This document shows positions 46,877-57,085 of a stretch of DNA of 64,000 nt, piece by piece. Source of the stretch: Candidatus Altimarinota bacterium (GTDB lineage: Bacteria > Patescibacteriota > Gracilibacteria > CAIRYL01). The position numbers were made by a program, and so were the translations under genes. The stretch spans positions 1,120,001-1,184,000 of the forward strand of contig OZ252287.1 of assembly GCA_965250085.1 (NCBI GenBank), in the 5' to 3' direction. Positions within the stretch are counted from its first letter, which is position 1, and each line of letters opens with the position of its first letter. Below the pieces are notes generated by a model that did no database searches, was not told the DNA's origin, and worked only from the letters and a program-made list of their open reading frames with translations.

Positions 46877-48592
46877 CTAAGGAGTAGGTGTTTGGAAAAA
46901 AGGATCTCCACTACCGCTACCGTTTGCTTCAGGAGGGATAGAACACTCTACGGGTTTACAGACTTCAGATATATTTGTAAAGCCTAGGACTGAGCTTTCA
47001 GAGCCAGAAAATGTTACCGGTCCTGCAGAGCAAGTGACGCTGAATGACTGCGGAGCACATTCCGAAACAGAAAGACTCTGAGCACATCCATTTCCCTGAA
47101 TATCGAAAGCGAAAGGACTTCTCCAGACATGACTATCATTCTGTATAAATCCTTCAAATTGACAGGTTTGTCCATCAGGAACAGAAAAAGTAAGAGTTGA
47201 GCCACCACAATTTTCAGTACCAAAGTTGCAGGACATATCACTACAGACACCATCTCTTTTTCCATCATCACTTGGACCCATTTCAAATCCTTCTATACGA
47301 GGACTCGCTCCTCCTGCAAGCACCGCGCACACTCCGCCTCCTCCACCACAGTCACTTCCTACGCCCCCTGTCCACTCTGGAGGACAAGAAGCAGTCGTGT
47401 CTTTAAGGCAGGCGGGGATAGGACCCCCCTGAAAAGGCCCCCCGGCCTCCATTTGTACAGTCATGTTTGTAAATACCCAACCCTCTGGAGAGCATCCCAC
47501 GTTATTTCCCGGACCATAGCACTTGGTATTTCCAAGCTCCAAAAAGAGTCCAGATCCTGTATCAATAACATCTGGAGCAGGACTCAATGTGTGAGAATTT
47601 GAAAAAACTTCGCTTGTCTGAGTATTGGTTATTTCAAAAGAAAGAACACCACTTTCAGCGCTATAAGTAGTATTAATGTGATATTTGGTATTAGAGTTCC
47701 AAGTTGTAGGAAAATCATATTCTCCTGGAACAACAGGATTTACCTTTGTATTTCCAGCCATTTTTGCTTTCACACTCGTAATGTAGCCACCCCAAATCTT
47801 TGGTGGCCAATTTTCTCCGGGAATTAATTTAAAAATCATATAGGAATCCAGACTCTGGTTTATATTGCCGGTTGTCATATCAAAATCGACTATAATATTT
47901 TTATAGTATTTTTGAGGTTCAACACTCTCTATACGCACCCTCTTTTCTTGGCCACCTGTCCAAGAGCTCTCCCAAGACCAATTGACATTTGTTGTCGCAG
48001 GAAGACCTCCAAATGGAATATCCCCACCTGCACATTCAGAGAGATCTTCCCTTTGGCAATATTGACCATTCCATGAGTATCCATCAGCACAATTTCCATC
48101 GCCACCTCCGAGAGTGCAACTTTCTCCATCAAAGCCATACCCAGCACCGGTATCACATGACACGCAGTATGTAAGGGCACCAGTACATCCAAAGGCACCC
48201 TGATCTCCGAGAGGTGTTTCCCCTTCATCAAGTTTAAAAGTACAACCCTCTCCTCCGGCATCGCGACATGCAGTAGGACTGGTACAATTGCCAGAAGTGA
48301 TATCGCCTTCCCATGAATATCCTTCACTACACCGAACACATTGACTCTCTGCTGAACATGAAGCATTGGCAAGAGTGTCACTTATAAGTATTTCTCCAGA
48401 AGCAATATCAGAGCTGCATCCATTTCCTCCTGCAGCAATGCATTCAAGGCCATCTTCACTCGCAGTATCAGCTCGCAGGGTATTTGAATCTTCTTCCCCG
48501 ATACCAAAATATTTATTATTCAGAAAGATACCACCAGCAAAAAGGAATACGATCAGAACAAGTATAAGAGCAGTACGATGAGAAGAATGCAT
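46877..48592 (-). CDS. Exported Cys/Gly-rich modular protein A
   Basis: N-terminal membrane anchor, Cys-rich repeats, beta-rich central domain, C-terminal module shared with protein B. Confidence 0.75.
   Translation of the reverse strand: MHSSHRTALILVLIVFLFAGGIFLNNKYFGIGEEDSNTLRADTASEDGLECIAAGGNGCSSDIASGEILISDTLANASCSAESQCVRCSEGYSWEGDITSGNCTSPTACRDAGGEGCTFKLDEGETPLGDQGAFGCTGALTYCVSCDTGAGYGFDGESCTLGGGDGNCADGYSWNGQYCQREDLSECAGGDIPFGGLPATTNVNWSWESSWTGGQEKRVRIESVEPQKYYKNIIVDFDMTTGNINQSLDSYMIFKLIPGENWPPKIWGGYITSVKAKMAGNTKVNPVVPGEYDFPTTWNSNTKYHINTTYSAESGVLSFEITNTQTSEVFSNSHTLSPAPDVIDTGSGLFLELGNTKCYGPGNNVGCSPEGWVFTNMTVQMEAGGPFQGGPIPACLKDTTASCPPEWTGGVGSDCGGGGGVCAVLAGGASPRIEGFEMGPSDDGKRDGVCSDMSCNFGTENCGGSTLTFSVPDGQTCQFEGFIQNDSHVWRSPFAFDIQGNGCAQSLSVSECAPQSFSVTCSAGPVTFSGSESSVLGFTNISEVCKPVECSIPPEANGSGSGDPFFQTPTP
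48044..48592 (-). repeat. 549-bp near-identical repeat, copy 1
   Basis: Matches 50345-50893 with about nine substitutions counted by eye. Confidence 0.9.
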
Positions 48593-48658
48593 ATCTTAAA
48601 AAAAAGATACTCCAGAAATATTATAGACCTTTTTATAAAGTGCACAATCACTAATGAC

Positions 48659-50893
48659 TCATCCTCCTCCTGTCTGTTGAATTCCATTTTGATTCCACAC
48701 AAAATGATAAATCAGGCTTCCTCCGGGAAGGAGACGACAAGTGCCATTAAACGACGCGACATCATACTCACCATCGAGACCACTTGTTTTGACACAAATT
48801 TCATTTCCAACTCTTCTTACTTGTACAGCAGTTGGATAATTCTCTGTTACTGTTCTGCTCAAAAAATGAAGCTTTCTGTCGGATTTCGTATAAAATGCAG
48901 CAACGGTTGCTCCTCCTTTGGGGCTTGTAACTTTTGTCCAGGTATCATCATCCCCAAGCCACACAGCAATTCCTTCAGAGGTTCTATAAAATGTCCAACT
49001 GCCAAATGGCTTAAAATCACTTATCCATGAAATAATTTCATCCCGATGTGATGATCCATTAGAGGCAATAAAATCCTTTAATTTTTGACGCTCACTGCTG
49101 GTAAGCCCAACTTTTTCTGGAGGGATAGCTTTAGGCTGAGCACTACCATTTGTTATAGAAACGCCATATGAACGTATAGAAGCTCTGAGTCCTCCATAAA
49201 ATCCAAGATTTACATCAAGAGGACTCACCGTTCCTACTGAATTTCCAAGCGCGATTGCCAACATTTTTGATTGCAAACCACTTCCTCTTCCACAGCTGCT
49301 GTTGACGTAATTTCTCCTTCCAGGGATGGCCACAGCTGGACTTGATCGCGATGACTCACTGGAATCTTTGATATTATTGGGATCAGAATCCCCGTTCTGA
49401 CGATGCGTGCAATCAATACCAGATGCGCCAGAGCCATGAGTCCCTAATGATAAAAAAGCCCAATAAGCCCTCAAGACCTTTGACATATCTTTCGCAAGAT
49501 TTGAATGTCCTTGATCTTGAGCATGATTGAGGACAGTAATCTGACTTCCGGTATTGAGTGACTGATATGTATTTGACCCCATTTCTTTCCCCTCAAATCC
49601 ATATTTATTTCCAAGCCAGACATCTGTGTATTGCTCAAACCAACTCGGATCATTGTCGAGTAAGTATCGGACTGTACTCCAGGTCACGGTATGGTTTTCA
49701 GATCCACCACCCTGAAACATATTGAGCGGTGAACCTCTTGCATTTTTCTTGTGATCATCTACCCAAGCTTTTACTGCTGGATCATTCTCGTAATGACCAT
49801 CTTGTATAAGAGCAAGAGTTCTAAATCCGCAATCATTCAGTTCACTACAGTTTGTTGGAATACCACCATCATAGCTCCCACCGCCACTTACTCCCCCACT
49901 AAGCTCACCACCGCTTCCATCGTTGGAACATGATGTCGGCTTACAAGCCTCAGAGATATTCGTCATATTTAGCACTGAGCTTTCAGAACCGGAAAATGTT
50001 ACAGGACCAGAAGAGCAGGTAACGCTGAATGACTGTGGACCACATTCCGAAACAGAAAGACTCTGAGTACATCCATTTCCATGGATATCAAAGGTGAGAG
50101 GATTTCTCCAGACACGGGTGTCACTTTGAATAAATCCTTCAAATTGACAGGTTTGTCCATTTGGAACAGAAAGAGTGATCGTTGAGCCACCGCAGCTTTC
50201 AGTGCCAAAGTTGCAGACCATATCACTACAAAGCCCGTCACCCCCTGAGTCACCAGAACTCATAGGAGATCCATCTGGACGAGGAGGGTGTCCGCTTTGA
50301 AATACTCCACAAAGTCCACCTCCGGACAGAGAATTACTCAACCTATCTTCCCTTTGGCAATATTGGCCATTCCATGAGTAGCCATCAGCACAATTTCCAT
50401 CGCCACCTCCGAGAGTGCAACTTTCTCCATCAAAGCCATACCCAGCACCGGTATCACATGACACGCAGTATGTAAGGGCACCAGTACATCCAAAGGCACC
50501 CTGATCTCCGAGAGGTGTTTCCCCCTCATCAAGTTTAAAAGTACAACCCTCTCCTCCGGCATCGCGACATGCAGTAGGACTGGTACAATTGCCAGAAGTG
50601 ATGTCACCTTCCCATGAATATCCTTCACTACACCGAACACATTGACTCTCTGCTGAACATGAAGCATTGGCAAGAGTGTCACTTATAAGTATTTCTCCAG
50701 AAGCAATATCAGAGCTGCATCCATTTCCTCCTGCAGCAATGCATTCAAGGCCATCTTCACTCGCAGTATCAGCTCGCAGGGTATTTGAATCTTCTTCCCC
50801 GATACCAAAATATTTATTATTCAGAAAGATACCACCGGCAAAAAAGAATACGATCAGAACAAGTATAAGAGCAGTACGATGAGAAGAGTTCAT
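48659..50893 (-). CDS. Exported Cys/Gly-rich modular protein B
   Basis: Same first 183 aa as protein A (2 differences), then the shared module, then a unique C-terminal region of about 400 aa. Confidence 0.75.
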   Translation of the reverse strand: MNSSHRTALILVLIVFFFAGGIFLNNKYFGIGEEDSNTLRADTASEDGLECIAAGGNGCSSDIASGEILISDTLANASCSAESQCVRCSEGYSWEGDITSGNCTSPTACRDAGGEGCTFKLDEGETPLGDQGAFGCTGALTYCVSCDTGAGYGFDGESCTLGGGDGNCADGYSWNGQYCQREDRLSNSLSGGGLCGVFQSGHPPRPDGSPMSSGDSGGDGLCSDMVCNFGTESCGGSTITLSVPNGQTCQFEGFIQSDTRVWRNPLTFDIHGNGCTQSLSVSECGPQSFSVTCSSGPVTFSGSESSVLNMTNISEACKPTSCSNDGSGGELSGGVSGGGSYDGGIPTNCSELNDCGFRTLALIQDGHYENDPAVKAWVDDHKKNARGSPLNMFQGGGSENHTVTWSTVRYLLDNDPSWFEQYTDVWLGNKYGFEGKEMGSNTYQSLNTGSQITVLNHAQDQGHSNLAKDMSKVLRAYWAFLSLGTHGSGASGIDCTHRQNGDSDPNNIKDSSESSRSSPAVAIPGRRNYVNSSCGRGSGLQSKMLAIALGNSVGTVSPLDVNLGFYGGLRASIRSYGVSITNGSAQPKAIPPEKVGLTSSERQKLKDFIASNGSSHRDEIISWISDFKPFGSWTFYRTSEGIAVWLGDDDTWTKVTSPKGGATVAAFYTKSDRKLHFLSRTVTENYPTAVQVRRVGNEICVKTSGLDGEYDVASFNGTCRLLPGGSLIYHFVWNQNGIQQTGGG
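50345..50893 (-). repeat. 549-bp near-identical repeat, copy 2
   Basis: Matches 48044-48592 at an offset of 2301 bp. Confidence 0.9.
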
Positions 50894-50985
50894 ACAAAAG
50901 AGGGATCAGGAGTGGTCAAATTGTATCATAGCTTTTTCTCAAAATTTTGCAATCTATGGATTGTAAATTGAAACGGTCCCTTTAT

Positions 50986-52431
50986 TTATTCCGGAGTGAC
51001 GACACGAAGAGTATTATATGCAAGATCAACGCTTGGTTCCTTTCCAAATTGAGTAAGGATGCTTTCTGTTACACGAGTGATGGCACCTCTCCGACCTCGT
51101 ACAGGAGCATCAAAACGCAAAATGAATTCAAGGCCGCTGTCGGCAATGTTCATGTAGACCAGACATCCTTTTGATTCAGAAGCAGTATAAAACTGTGAAG
51201 TTCGCCTTCTATACTGATGTCTCTCTCTTTGAGAATATTCTCCCGTTTCCTCTTCCAAAATATTTTCCAAAATCTCTTTTGCCTTTTTCCAATCGCTTTC
51301 AAAAGTAATTTGTAATTTTACTTCCGTTTTCAAGTAATCAGAGGTGCGATTATAATTTGTGACGGGATAGAGCAGGAACGAGGAATTGGGCATAAACAGG
51401 ACTTTCCCAGTATGTCCCGCTTCTGAAGATCCGAGGCGTTGTCCATCTGTACTCCCTCCAGGTTTTCCCACTTCCAGGAGAGTAGTTCTCAATACTCCCA
51501 CATCTACGACATCACCAGTGACACCGTTGATAAAGATGCGATCTCCTACAGAAAAGCGCCCCTGGAGTACCATCAACCATCCCACAATATCTTTGACGAC
51601 GTCCTGTAAAGCAACGACCAATCCCGCACCAACGATTGCAAATGAAGCTATAAAATTTGGATTTTCTGCAAAGACCTGTGTCAGAATCCACAGGATAAAA
51701 ATAGTGTAGAGAAAAGTGTTAAATATCTTGCTGACTGCGTACCGTTGGTGAAGGTGTGAAATGCGAGAAATAATAAATTTCCCAACCAATTTTTGAATTC
51801 CGAGAAGAAGAAGAAAGATTACTATGTATTTTCCAAAAACCAAAAAATTCTTCAATTGTTTCTCAAATTGCTGACCCCTCAGTGCATCCAATTTGTCTTG
51901 TTGTACAGAGATAAGTGACTTCATTACATCAATACGCTCTTCAAGAATTGCTTTTTTCCCCAGGATGTCAGCATAGCGAGTACGAATACCCTCATCATCT
52001 TTGACTCCAGGAATCAATCGGCCTTCAAAAAAATATGTATCTTGTTCTTCTTGTAAAAGAAGTTCTAAGTCTGCGGTTTGGTCTTCAAGGCGTTTTTCGA
52101 GTGCTTCAATAATATCGCGCTGTTTTTCAATGGAATCCGCATCTTCTCTCAAGTTTTCTTCCACAGACGCGTTGATGGATTCCCAAATATCAGTTTCTAT
52201 GAGGTCTCTGAGTGCACCTCGTTCTTCTTCAATGAGAGCCTCTATTCTGGGATCCTTTGGCTCACTCGCCAAAAAATCTTCATACAATTCTACCAATTCC
52301 GACCGATCAATCTGGACTTCTTCTTCCAGTGAAGAAGTCTGAGCAAATCCTAGTGGCACAACAAAAATACTCAGAGCGATCACTCCAAATATGATTTTTG
52401 CCGCATATTTTTTCAGGAATTCAGAATTCAT
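50986..52431 (-). CDS. MscS-family mechanosensitive channel with extracellular coiled coil
   Basis: GAGLVVALQD, FSVGDRI, GDVVDVG, PNS, VTNY. Confidence 0.9.
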   Translation of the reverse strand: MNSEFLKKYAAKIIFGVIALSIFVVPLGFAQTSSLEEEVQIDRSELVELYEDFLASEPKDPRIEALIEEERGALRDLIETDIWESINASVEENLREDADSIEKQRDIIEALEKRLEDQTADLELLLQEEQDTYFFEGRLIPGVKDDEGIRTRYADILGKKAILEERIDVMKSLISVQQDKLDALRGQQFEKQLKNFLVFGKYIVIFLLLLGIQKLVGKFIISRISHLHQRYAVSKIFNTFLYTIFILWILTQVFAENPNFIASFAIVGAGLVVALQDVVKDIVGWLMVLQGRFSVGDRIFINGVTGDVVDVGVLRTTLLEVGKPGGSTDGQRLGSSEAGHTGKVLFMPNSSFLLYPVTNYNRTSDYLKTEVKLQITFESDWKKAKEILENILEEETGEYSQRERHQYRRRTSQFYTASESKGCLVYMNIADSGLEFILRFDAPVRGRRGAITRVTESILTQFGKEPSVDLAYNTLRVVTPE

Positions 52432-52444
52432 AAATTTAAAATTG

Positions 52445-53368
52445 TTACATACATCCTCGTATCTCTTCTAAACTCTTTACACCATTTTTTTTCATCCATG
52501 TAGTCATTTCGTCAGTCATTTTTGCAAACCCATTTACATCCCGATAATACACCATTGTCCCCACTCCTACCAAGGTGGCACCCGCCATGATCATTTCAAT
52601 AGCGTCTTCGCCAGAAGTGACTCCTCCAGTGCCGATAATAGGAATCTTTACTGCTTTGGCAATGTCATAAACAGCCTTCAGTGCTATTGGAAACAATCCC
52701 GGACCAGAAACACCTCCTGTTTTGTTGGAAAGTACTGGAGTCTTCATTTGTACATTGATTCTCATACCGGGCATGGTATTGATAGCAGTAATGCCATCTG
52801 CGCCGGCATTTTCACACGCTTTGGCGATTTCTGCGATATTGGGCACATTTGGTGAAAGTTTGATCACAATAGGAACATTGTTTGCTTTTGTTTTTACATA
52901 TCTGGTGACTTCTGCTGCATCACTAATGTCACAAGCAAATGGTCTTCCCAATTCATCTTCTACATTGGGACATGAAATATTAATTTCCAGAAGATCAGGC
53001 TCCAGTTTGGCGATTTCTTCCGCTACTTCTCCAAAATCTGATTTTTTCGCCGCCACAATATTGGCAATAAGTGGCGCTTTTCTTTCGGGAAGATATGCTC
53101 CTAGTTCTTCTTTTGCTTTCTGGACGCCGGCATCAGAAAGCCCCACAGCATTTAAAAAATACTCTGGATATCCCACCATGGTGGGACTTGGATGACCTGG
53201 GTGAGGCTCGAGCCAGAGGCTTTTGGTGGTAATACCTCCTGCTCCTGCTCGCACCGTATGATGGAACGAGTCTCCGGTAACTCCCAAAATGCCACTAGCG
53301 AGCACCAGTGGGTTTTTGAATTTTATGCCGCAAAAATGAGTCTCTAGAGTCAAAAGATTGAGTGTCAA
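52445..53368 (-). CDS. pyrD: Dihydroorotate dehydrogenase, family 1 catalytic subunit
   Basis: KNPLVLASG, NISCPN, KLSPNV, AINT, GGVSG. Confidence 0.94.
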   Translation of the reverse strand: MTLNLLTLETHFCGIKFKNPLVLASGILGVTGDSFHHTVRAGAGGITTKSLWLEPHPGHPSPTMVGYPEYFLNAVGLSDAGVQKAKEELGAYLPERKAPLIANIVAAKKSDFGEVAEEIAKLEPDLLEINISCPNVEDELGRPFACDISDAAEVTRYVKTKANNVPIVIKLSPNVPNIAEIAKACENAGADGITAINTMPGMRINVQMKTPVLSNKTGGVSGPGLFPIALKAVYDIAKAVKIPIIGTGGVTSGEDAIEMIMAGATLVGVGTMVYYRDVNGFAKMTDEMTTWMKKNGVKSLEEIRGCM

Positions 53369-53443
53369 AAGTTTTGCAGAACAATTTTAATGCTTTCTGA
53401 AATGAATAGAAAGAAATTCAGAATATTTGCAGAGAATTACACC

Positions 53444-53809
53444 CTACAAACGCAAAAGATCGAGCATTTTTACCCGAACTGGAGACATGTGTGGAATCAA
53501 ATATCTCGTATGAACCATCCGATCATGATCGGATAGATCTGGAGTGTCAGGAATCCTAACAAGCTCCCTTTCCAGTGCTCCTGTACGGACAAGATCTTCC
53601 AGAACCGGCACCAATTCTTCTGCGCGCATTGGATTCGGAAGACGGTTCGCTGTCAGCATCGCATCACCTATGCACCCCAGGCTCCAAATTGTCTGCAATA
53701 CGGTATCACGAAACGCCTGATCTGCGATGAGTGCATTACTCTCTTCGATTCCTGAACAATCAGCGGGGTCAGATTCCAAAGTCGATGGCGATTCTTTTGC
53801 GTCTAACAT
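53444..53809 (-). CDS. Hypothetical protein
   Basis: 121-aa ORF, second of a two-gene orphan unit. Confidence 0.5.
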   Translation of the reverse strand: MLDAKESPSTLESDPADCSGIEESNALIADQAFRDTVLQTIWSLGCIGDAMLTANRLPNPMRAEELVPVLEDLVRTGALERELVRIPDTPDLSDHDRMVHTRYLIPHMSPVRVKMLDLLRL

Positions 53810-53821
53810 CGTGGTTTATGG

Positions 53822-54247
53822 CTAATCTAACAATTCTTCCATGGCACCCTTCTGAAGATTATACCACAGCTGCATACCGGCAGGATCTTTGAGAAACTCT
53901 CGAGTTTCTTCATCTAGGGGTCGTACAACACGATAACAAAGATTGCCTACCTTCTCTAGCGGGGAAGCACTATTAGAGTTTGACATGCTATCCAGAAGCT
54001 CCCCCCATGTGCAAGGAGTATCTTCAATTGTTGCAAAGACAAGTGTATGTATGCTTTCTTGAAATTCAAGAATATCTCCTCCTTCGCGTGTCAAATATGG
54101 AAGCAACTTCCACTTAAATCTGAGCCTTAACTTCGCAGAAATAGCATTGCAAATTTTGTTGGCAATATTTGCATGCATATCATCAGGATCTTGAATTTGA
54201 TGAGAGTGATCATCAGTGCGTCTTTGACCATGTTCTGCATTGGTCAT
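53822..54247 (-). CDS. Hypothetical protein
   Basis: 141-aa ORF; upstream TTGCGC-17-TACAAT. Confidence 0.55.
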   Translation of the reverse strand: MTNAEHGQRRTDDHSHQIQDPDDMHANIANKICNAISAKLRLRFKWKLLPYLTREGGDILEFQESIHTLVFATIEDTPCTWGELLDSMSNSNSASPLEKVGNLCYRVVRPLDEETREFLKDPAGMQLWYNLQKGAMEELLD

Positions 54248-54309
54248 ACAATTTTAAGAGAAAAAGTAAGTATATTTGATTGTACGATAAATTTCTATAT
54301 CGCGCAAAT

Positions 54310-55395
54310 TTATCTTGTAGTAATCTTTCCTTCTCTCACTTCAAACACTTCTCCTTCAAATTTTTCTGGCAAATGCGTACATGAGATAAAAACCTGCTGA
54401 TTTTCAAAATTTTTAAGAAGCGCTCCTCTCCTTTTTTCATCGAGCTCCGACAGCACATCGTCAAGAATCAAAACAGGAGAGAAAGAAGTAACTTCTGCAA
54501 TAAAATCTCGTTCACAGAGCTTGAGCGCCACGAGTGCACTGCGAAGTTCTCCCCGGGAGGCTGTTTCTTCCAGTGGTTGATTTCTGAGTAATATTTGAAA
54601 ATCATCTCTGTGAGGTCCTTTTTGAGTAGAGCCATATCGCACATCATGAGCAAAGCTTTTCTCCAGTGTCTTAAAAAAACTTTCTCCAGATTTTATAGAG
54701 GGAGTATAGAGAAATTTGACTTCCTCGTTTGTTTCGGAAACCGATTGATATTTTCGTGTTATGTGCTGATGGGTAAAATCGGCAAATTCTTGCCGATATT
54801 TCTGGATGATTTCTCCCCATTTCACCAGTTCTGCATCCCAAAAGTCAAATTCTTGTTTTTGTATCTTTCCCTTTGGAAATTCACTCAGGAGTTTGTTGCG
54901 ATGTTTCAAAACTTTTTCATACTTCAGCAGTGCTTCTAGATACTCTGGAAAGAGAGGTGAGAGAATTCGCGAGAGGAACCTTCTTCTTTTTTGCGGTGCG
55001 TTACTCATCAGTTCCATATCTTCCGGTGCAAAAAGCACAGCGAAGAAATGTTTCTGTTTGAGGAATTCTGTAGGACTGAGTTGTACATCATTTTTTTTGC
55101 AAATAGTTTGGGATTTTTTTGTCCCAGTGTCTCCCCAAAATATTTGCAAATTTTCCACATCTTGACCCACATGCACTTTTGCTGTGATGCGGGAAAAATC
55201 TTTTCCCTGCATCGTAAATACTTCTTTTGTATTACTGCGAAAAGGCCTGGAAAGAGAAAATGTATAAATAGCTTCCAGAATATTTGTTTTTCCCTGAGCA
55301 TTTTGCCCAACAAAAATAGTGATTCCCGGAGCAAATTTTAGCTCTTTGCTTTGTAAATTTCGAAAATTTTCTGTAGTGATATGGGTGAGATGCAT
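54310..55395 (-). CDS. recF: DNA replication and repair protein RecF
   Basis: NFRN, GQNAQGKTN, GPHRDD, SRGE, LDDVLSELD. Confidence 0.96.
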   Translation of the reverse strand: MHLTHITTENFRNLQSKELKFAPGITIFVGQNAQGKTNILEAIYTFSLSRPFRSNTKEVFTMQGKDFSRITAKVHVGQDVENLQIFWGDTGTKKSQTICKKNDVQLSPTEFLKQKHFFAVLFAPEDMELMSNAPQKRRRFLSRILSPLFPEYLEALLKYEKVLKHRNKLLSEFPKGKIQKQEFDFWDAELVKWGEIIQKYRQEFADFTHQHITRKYQSVSETNEEVKFLYTPSIKSGESFFKTLEKSFAHDVRYGSTQKGPHRDDFQILLRNQPLEETASRGELRSALVALKLCERDFIAEVTSFSPVLILDDVLSELDEKRRGALLKNFENQQVFISCTHLPEKFEGEVFEVREGKITTR

Positions 55396-55490
55396 TATTT
55401 TTAGTAAAAACAATTGTCATTCCCGATTATTTTCAAAATGTACTTTCTTCTTTTTTGGCAGGAGGAGCAAGGAAGATTTTTTGACACTAG

Positions 55491-55570
55491 AAATCTCCCC
55501 TCATTCGAGTTTGAGTGATGAGACCAAAGTCTCAGAGTCGAAGACTAACCCCTCTTTGCTAAAAGAGAGG
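55491..55570. repeat. CCCCTCTTT element interrupted by a 45-bp hairpin element
   Basis: AAATCTCCCCT [55502-55546] AACCCCTCTTTGCTAAAAGAGAGG; compare the uninterrupted copy at 5857-5890. Confidence 0.65.
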
Positions 55571-55578
55571 AAGAAATT

Positions 55579-55881
55579 TTAAGACAGCATTTTCTGCAAT
55601 TCACCATTTTCATATATCTCAAGAATGATGTCACATCCACCGATAAATTCTCCTTTCACATATACTTGAGGAAAGGTGGGCCAATCAGAAAATTTTGTCA
55701 TTACTTGTCGCCATGCAGAGAGGTCTTCCAACACATCTATTGCTACATAATTTGGAGCGAGTTCATCAAATATATTTTGCACGCGAGCGGTAAAACCGCA
55801 TCTTGGACTTCCTTTTGCTCCCTTTCCAAAAATAACGACTGGATTGGAATCAATTATATTTTGTATTTCACTTTCTGTCAT
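55579..55881 (-). CDS. grxD: Monothiol glutaredoxin (Grx4 family)
   Basis: PRCGFT, WPTFPQVYV, GGCD. Confidence 0.92.
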   Translation of the reverse strand: MTESEIQNIIDSNPVVIFGKGAKGSPRCGFTARVQNIFDELAPNYVAIDVLEDLSAWRQVMTKFSDWPTFPQVYVKGEFIGGCDIILEIYENGELQKMLS

Positions 55882-55914
55882 ACGAGAGAGGCATAAAGAG
55901 TAGAAATGATTACT

Positions 55915-56190
55915 TTACTGTATGTGTTTGTACTCTATCAATTCAAACTCCTCTTTTTTTTCTTTCCACTCAGAAGGAGTAAACCCTTTGACCGAGTACG
56001 CATGGATTTTTTGTTTCATATCCCCAAGGGTATCAAATATCAAGCGGCTTCGATCCACAAGCCCTTTTCCTTCAAAAACTTCATCAACTGCTATCATTTG
56101 AAGAAAATGTCCATCACCTCGTTCATCGTACACAAAAACCTCTGCGAAGCTTTGCTTTAAGATTTCATCAAATTGATCAACAAACTTCAT
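55915..56190 (-). CDS. BolA/IbaG-family protein
   Basis: GDGHF, FEGKGLVDR, IHAY, TPSEW; adjacent to grxD. Confidence 0.85.
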   Translation of the reverse strand: MKFVDQFDEILKQSFAEVFVYDERGDGHFLQMIAVDEVFEGKGLVDRSRLIFDTLGDMKQKIHAYSVKGFTPSEWKEKKEEFELIEYKHIQ

Positions 56191-56384
56191 TTTTACTACA
56201 AAAATTCAACGGAAATCTTTCCATGTTTCTCACGGCTTTACAATGGCTTTATTACAAACATCTGAGTACTTTTTTACCATTATACACCAAAAAGATGTAT
56301 TCATATTGTGTACAGGAAATTTGTAAAAAAAAGCTTCCTTATGAGAAGATTGATCCTCTTTTCTGTTTCTTTAGTGAGGGCACT

Positions 56385-57023
56385 ATGAAAAAGTCATTTT
56401 ACGATCAACTCGAGGACGAAAAAATACATTTTGTTTTCGGACAACATTGGCTCTTGGCACTCTTGAGAATATTAATTTTCGGAGTCCTTATAGTAGCAAC
56501 AGCTGTACTTCCATTCTTTTTCGTAAAATATTTCTTTTCTGAAGTCTCGGGAGAATTTATTGCCCATTTTGTTCTTCTGGCGAGTTTTTTCCTTGGCACA
56601 CTCCTTATTCATCGACTTTTTCTTTGGTTCCTCTCATATCGGGGAACTTTTGCTATTGTGACCAATTTTCGAATCATCATTGTAAAAAAATCAATGTTTT
56701 TTACCAGCGAAAAAGAGGTTCTCGACCTGACACAGATACGAGATATTCAAATGCGGAAAAACGGAATTTTTAACAACATATGCAACTGTGGAGATATCAA
56801 CCTTATCCTCTCCACACAAGAAAAGGATGCTACGGTTATTCGAAAAGTATTCGACCCAATGAAGATCCAATCACAGTGCAATGCAATACGTCATCAGAAA
56901 ATACAAGAAACAAATATACAGAGAAATGGCGGGCCATACATTCCTGTCGCTCCAAACAAAGGTGTTATTCACCATGATGTATTTGTAGAACGAAAAAACA
57001 CAGTATATGGTCAGGAGTTCTAA
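56385..57023 (+). CDS. Membrane protein with bacterial PH-like domain
   Basis: Two TM helices, then IVTNFRII...IRDI...GDI; start set at MKKSFYD. Confidence 0.7.
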   Translation: MKKSFYDQLEDEKIHFVFGQHWLLALLRILIFGVLIVATAVLPFFFVKYFFSEVSGEFIAHFVLLASFFLGTLLIHRLFLWFLSYRGTFAIVTNFRIIIVKKSMFFTSEKEVLDLTQIRDIQMRKNGIFNNICNCGDINLILSTQEKDATVIRKVFDPMKIQSQCNAIRHQKIQETNIQRNGGPYIPVAPNKGVIHHDVFVERKNTVYGQEF

Positions 57024-57085
57024 CCATTCTTCTTGTGTTTTTGATATCGAGAAGAAACAATATTCATGTCTTTTTTCTATAGCAA

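Noticed and set aside
48044-50893. Diversity-generating retroelement TR/VR pair
   Set aside because: The differences are mostly synonymous and not adenine-specific, the repeat is at the 5' end of the genes, and no reverse transcriptase is in the window.
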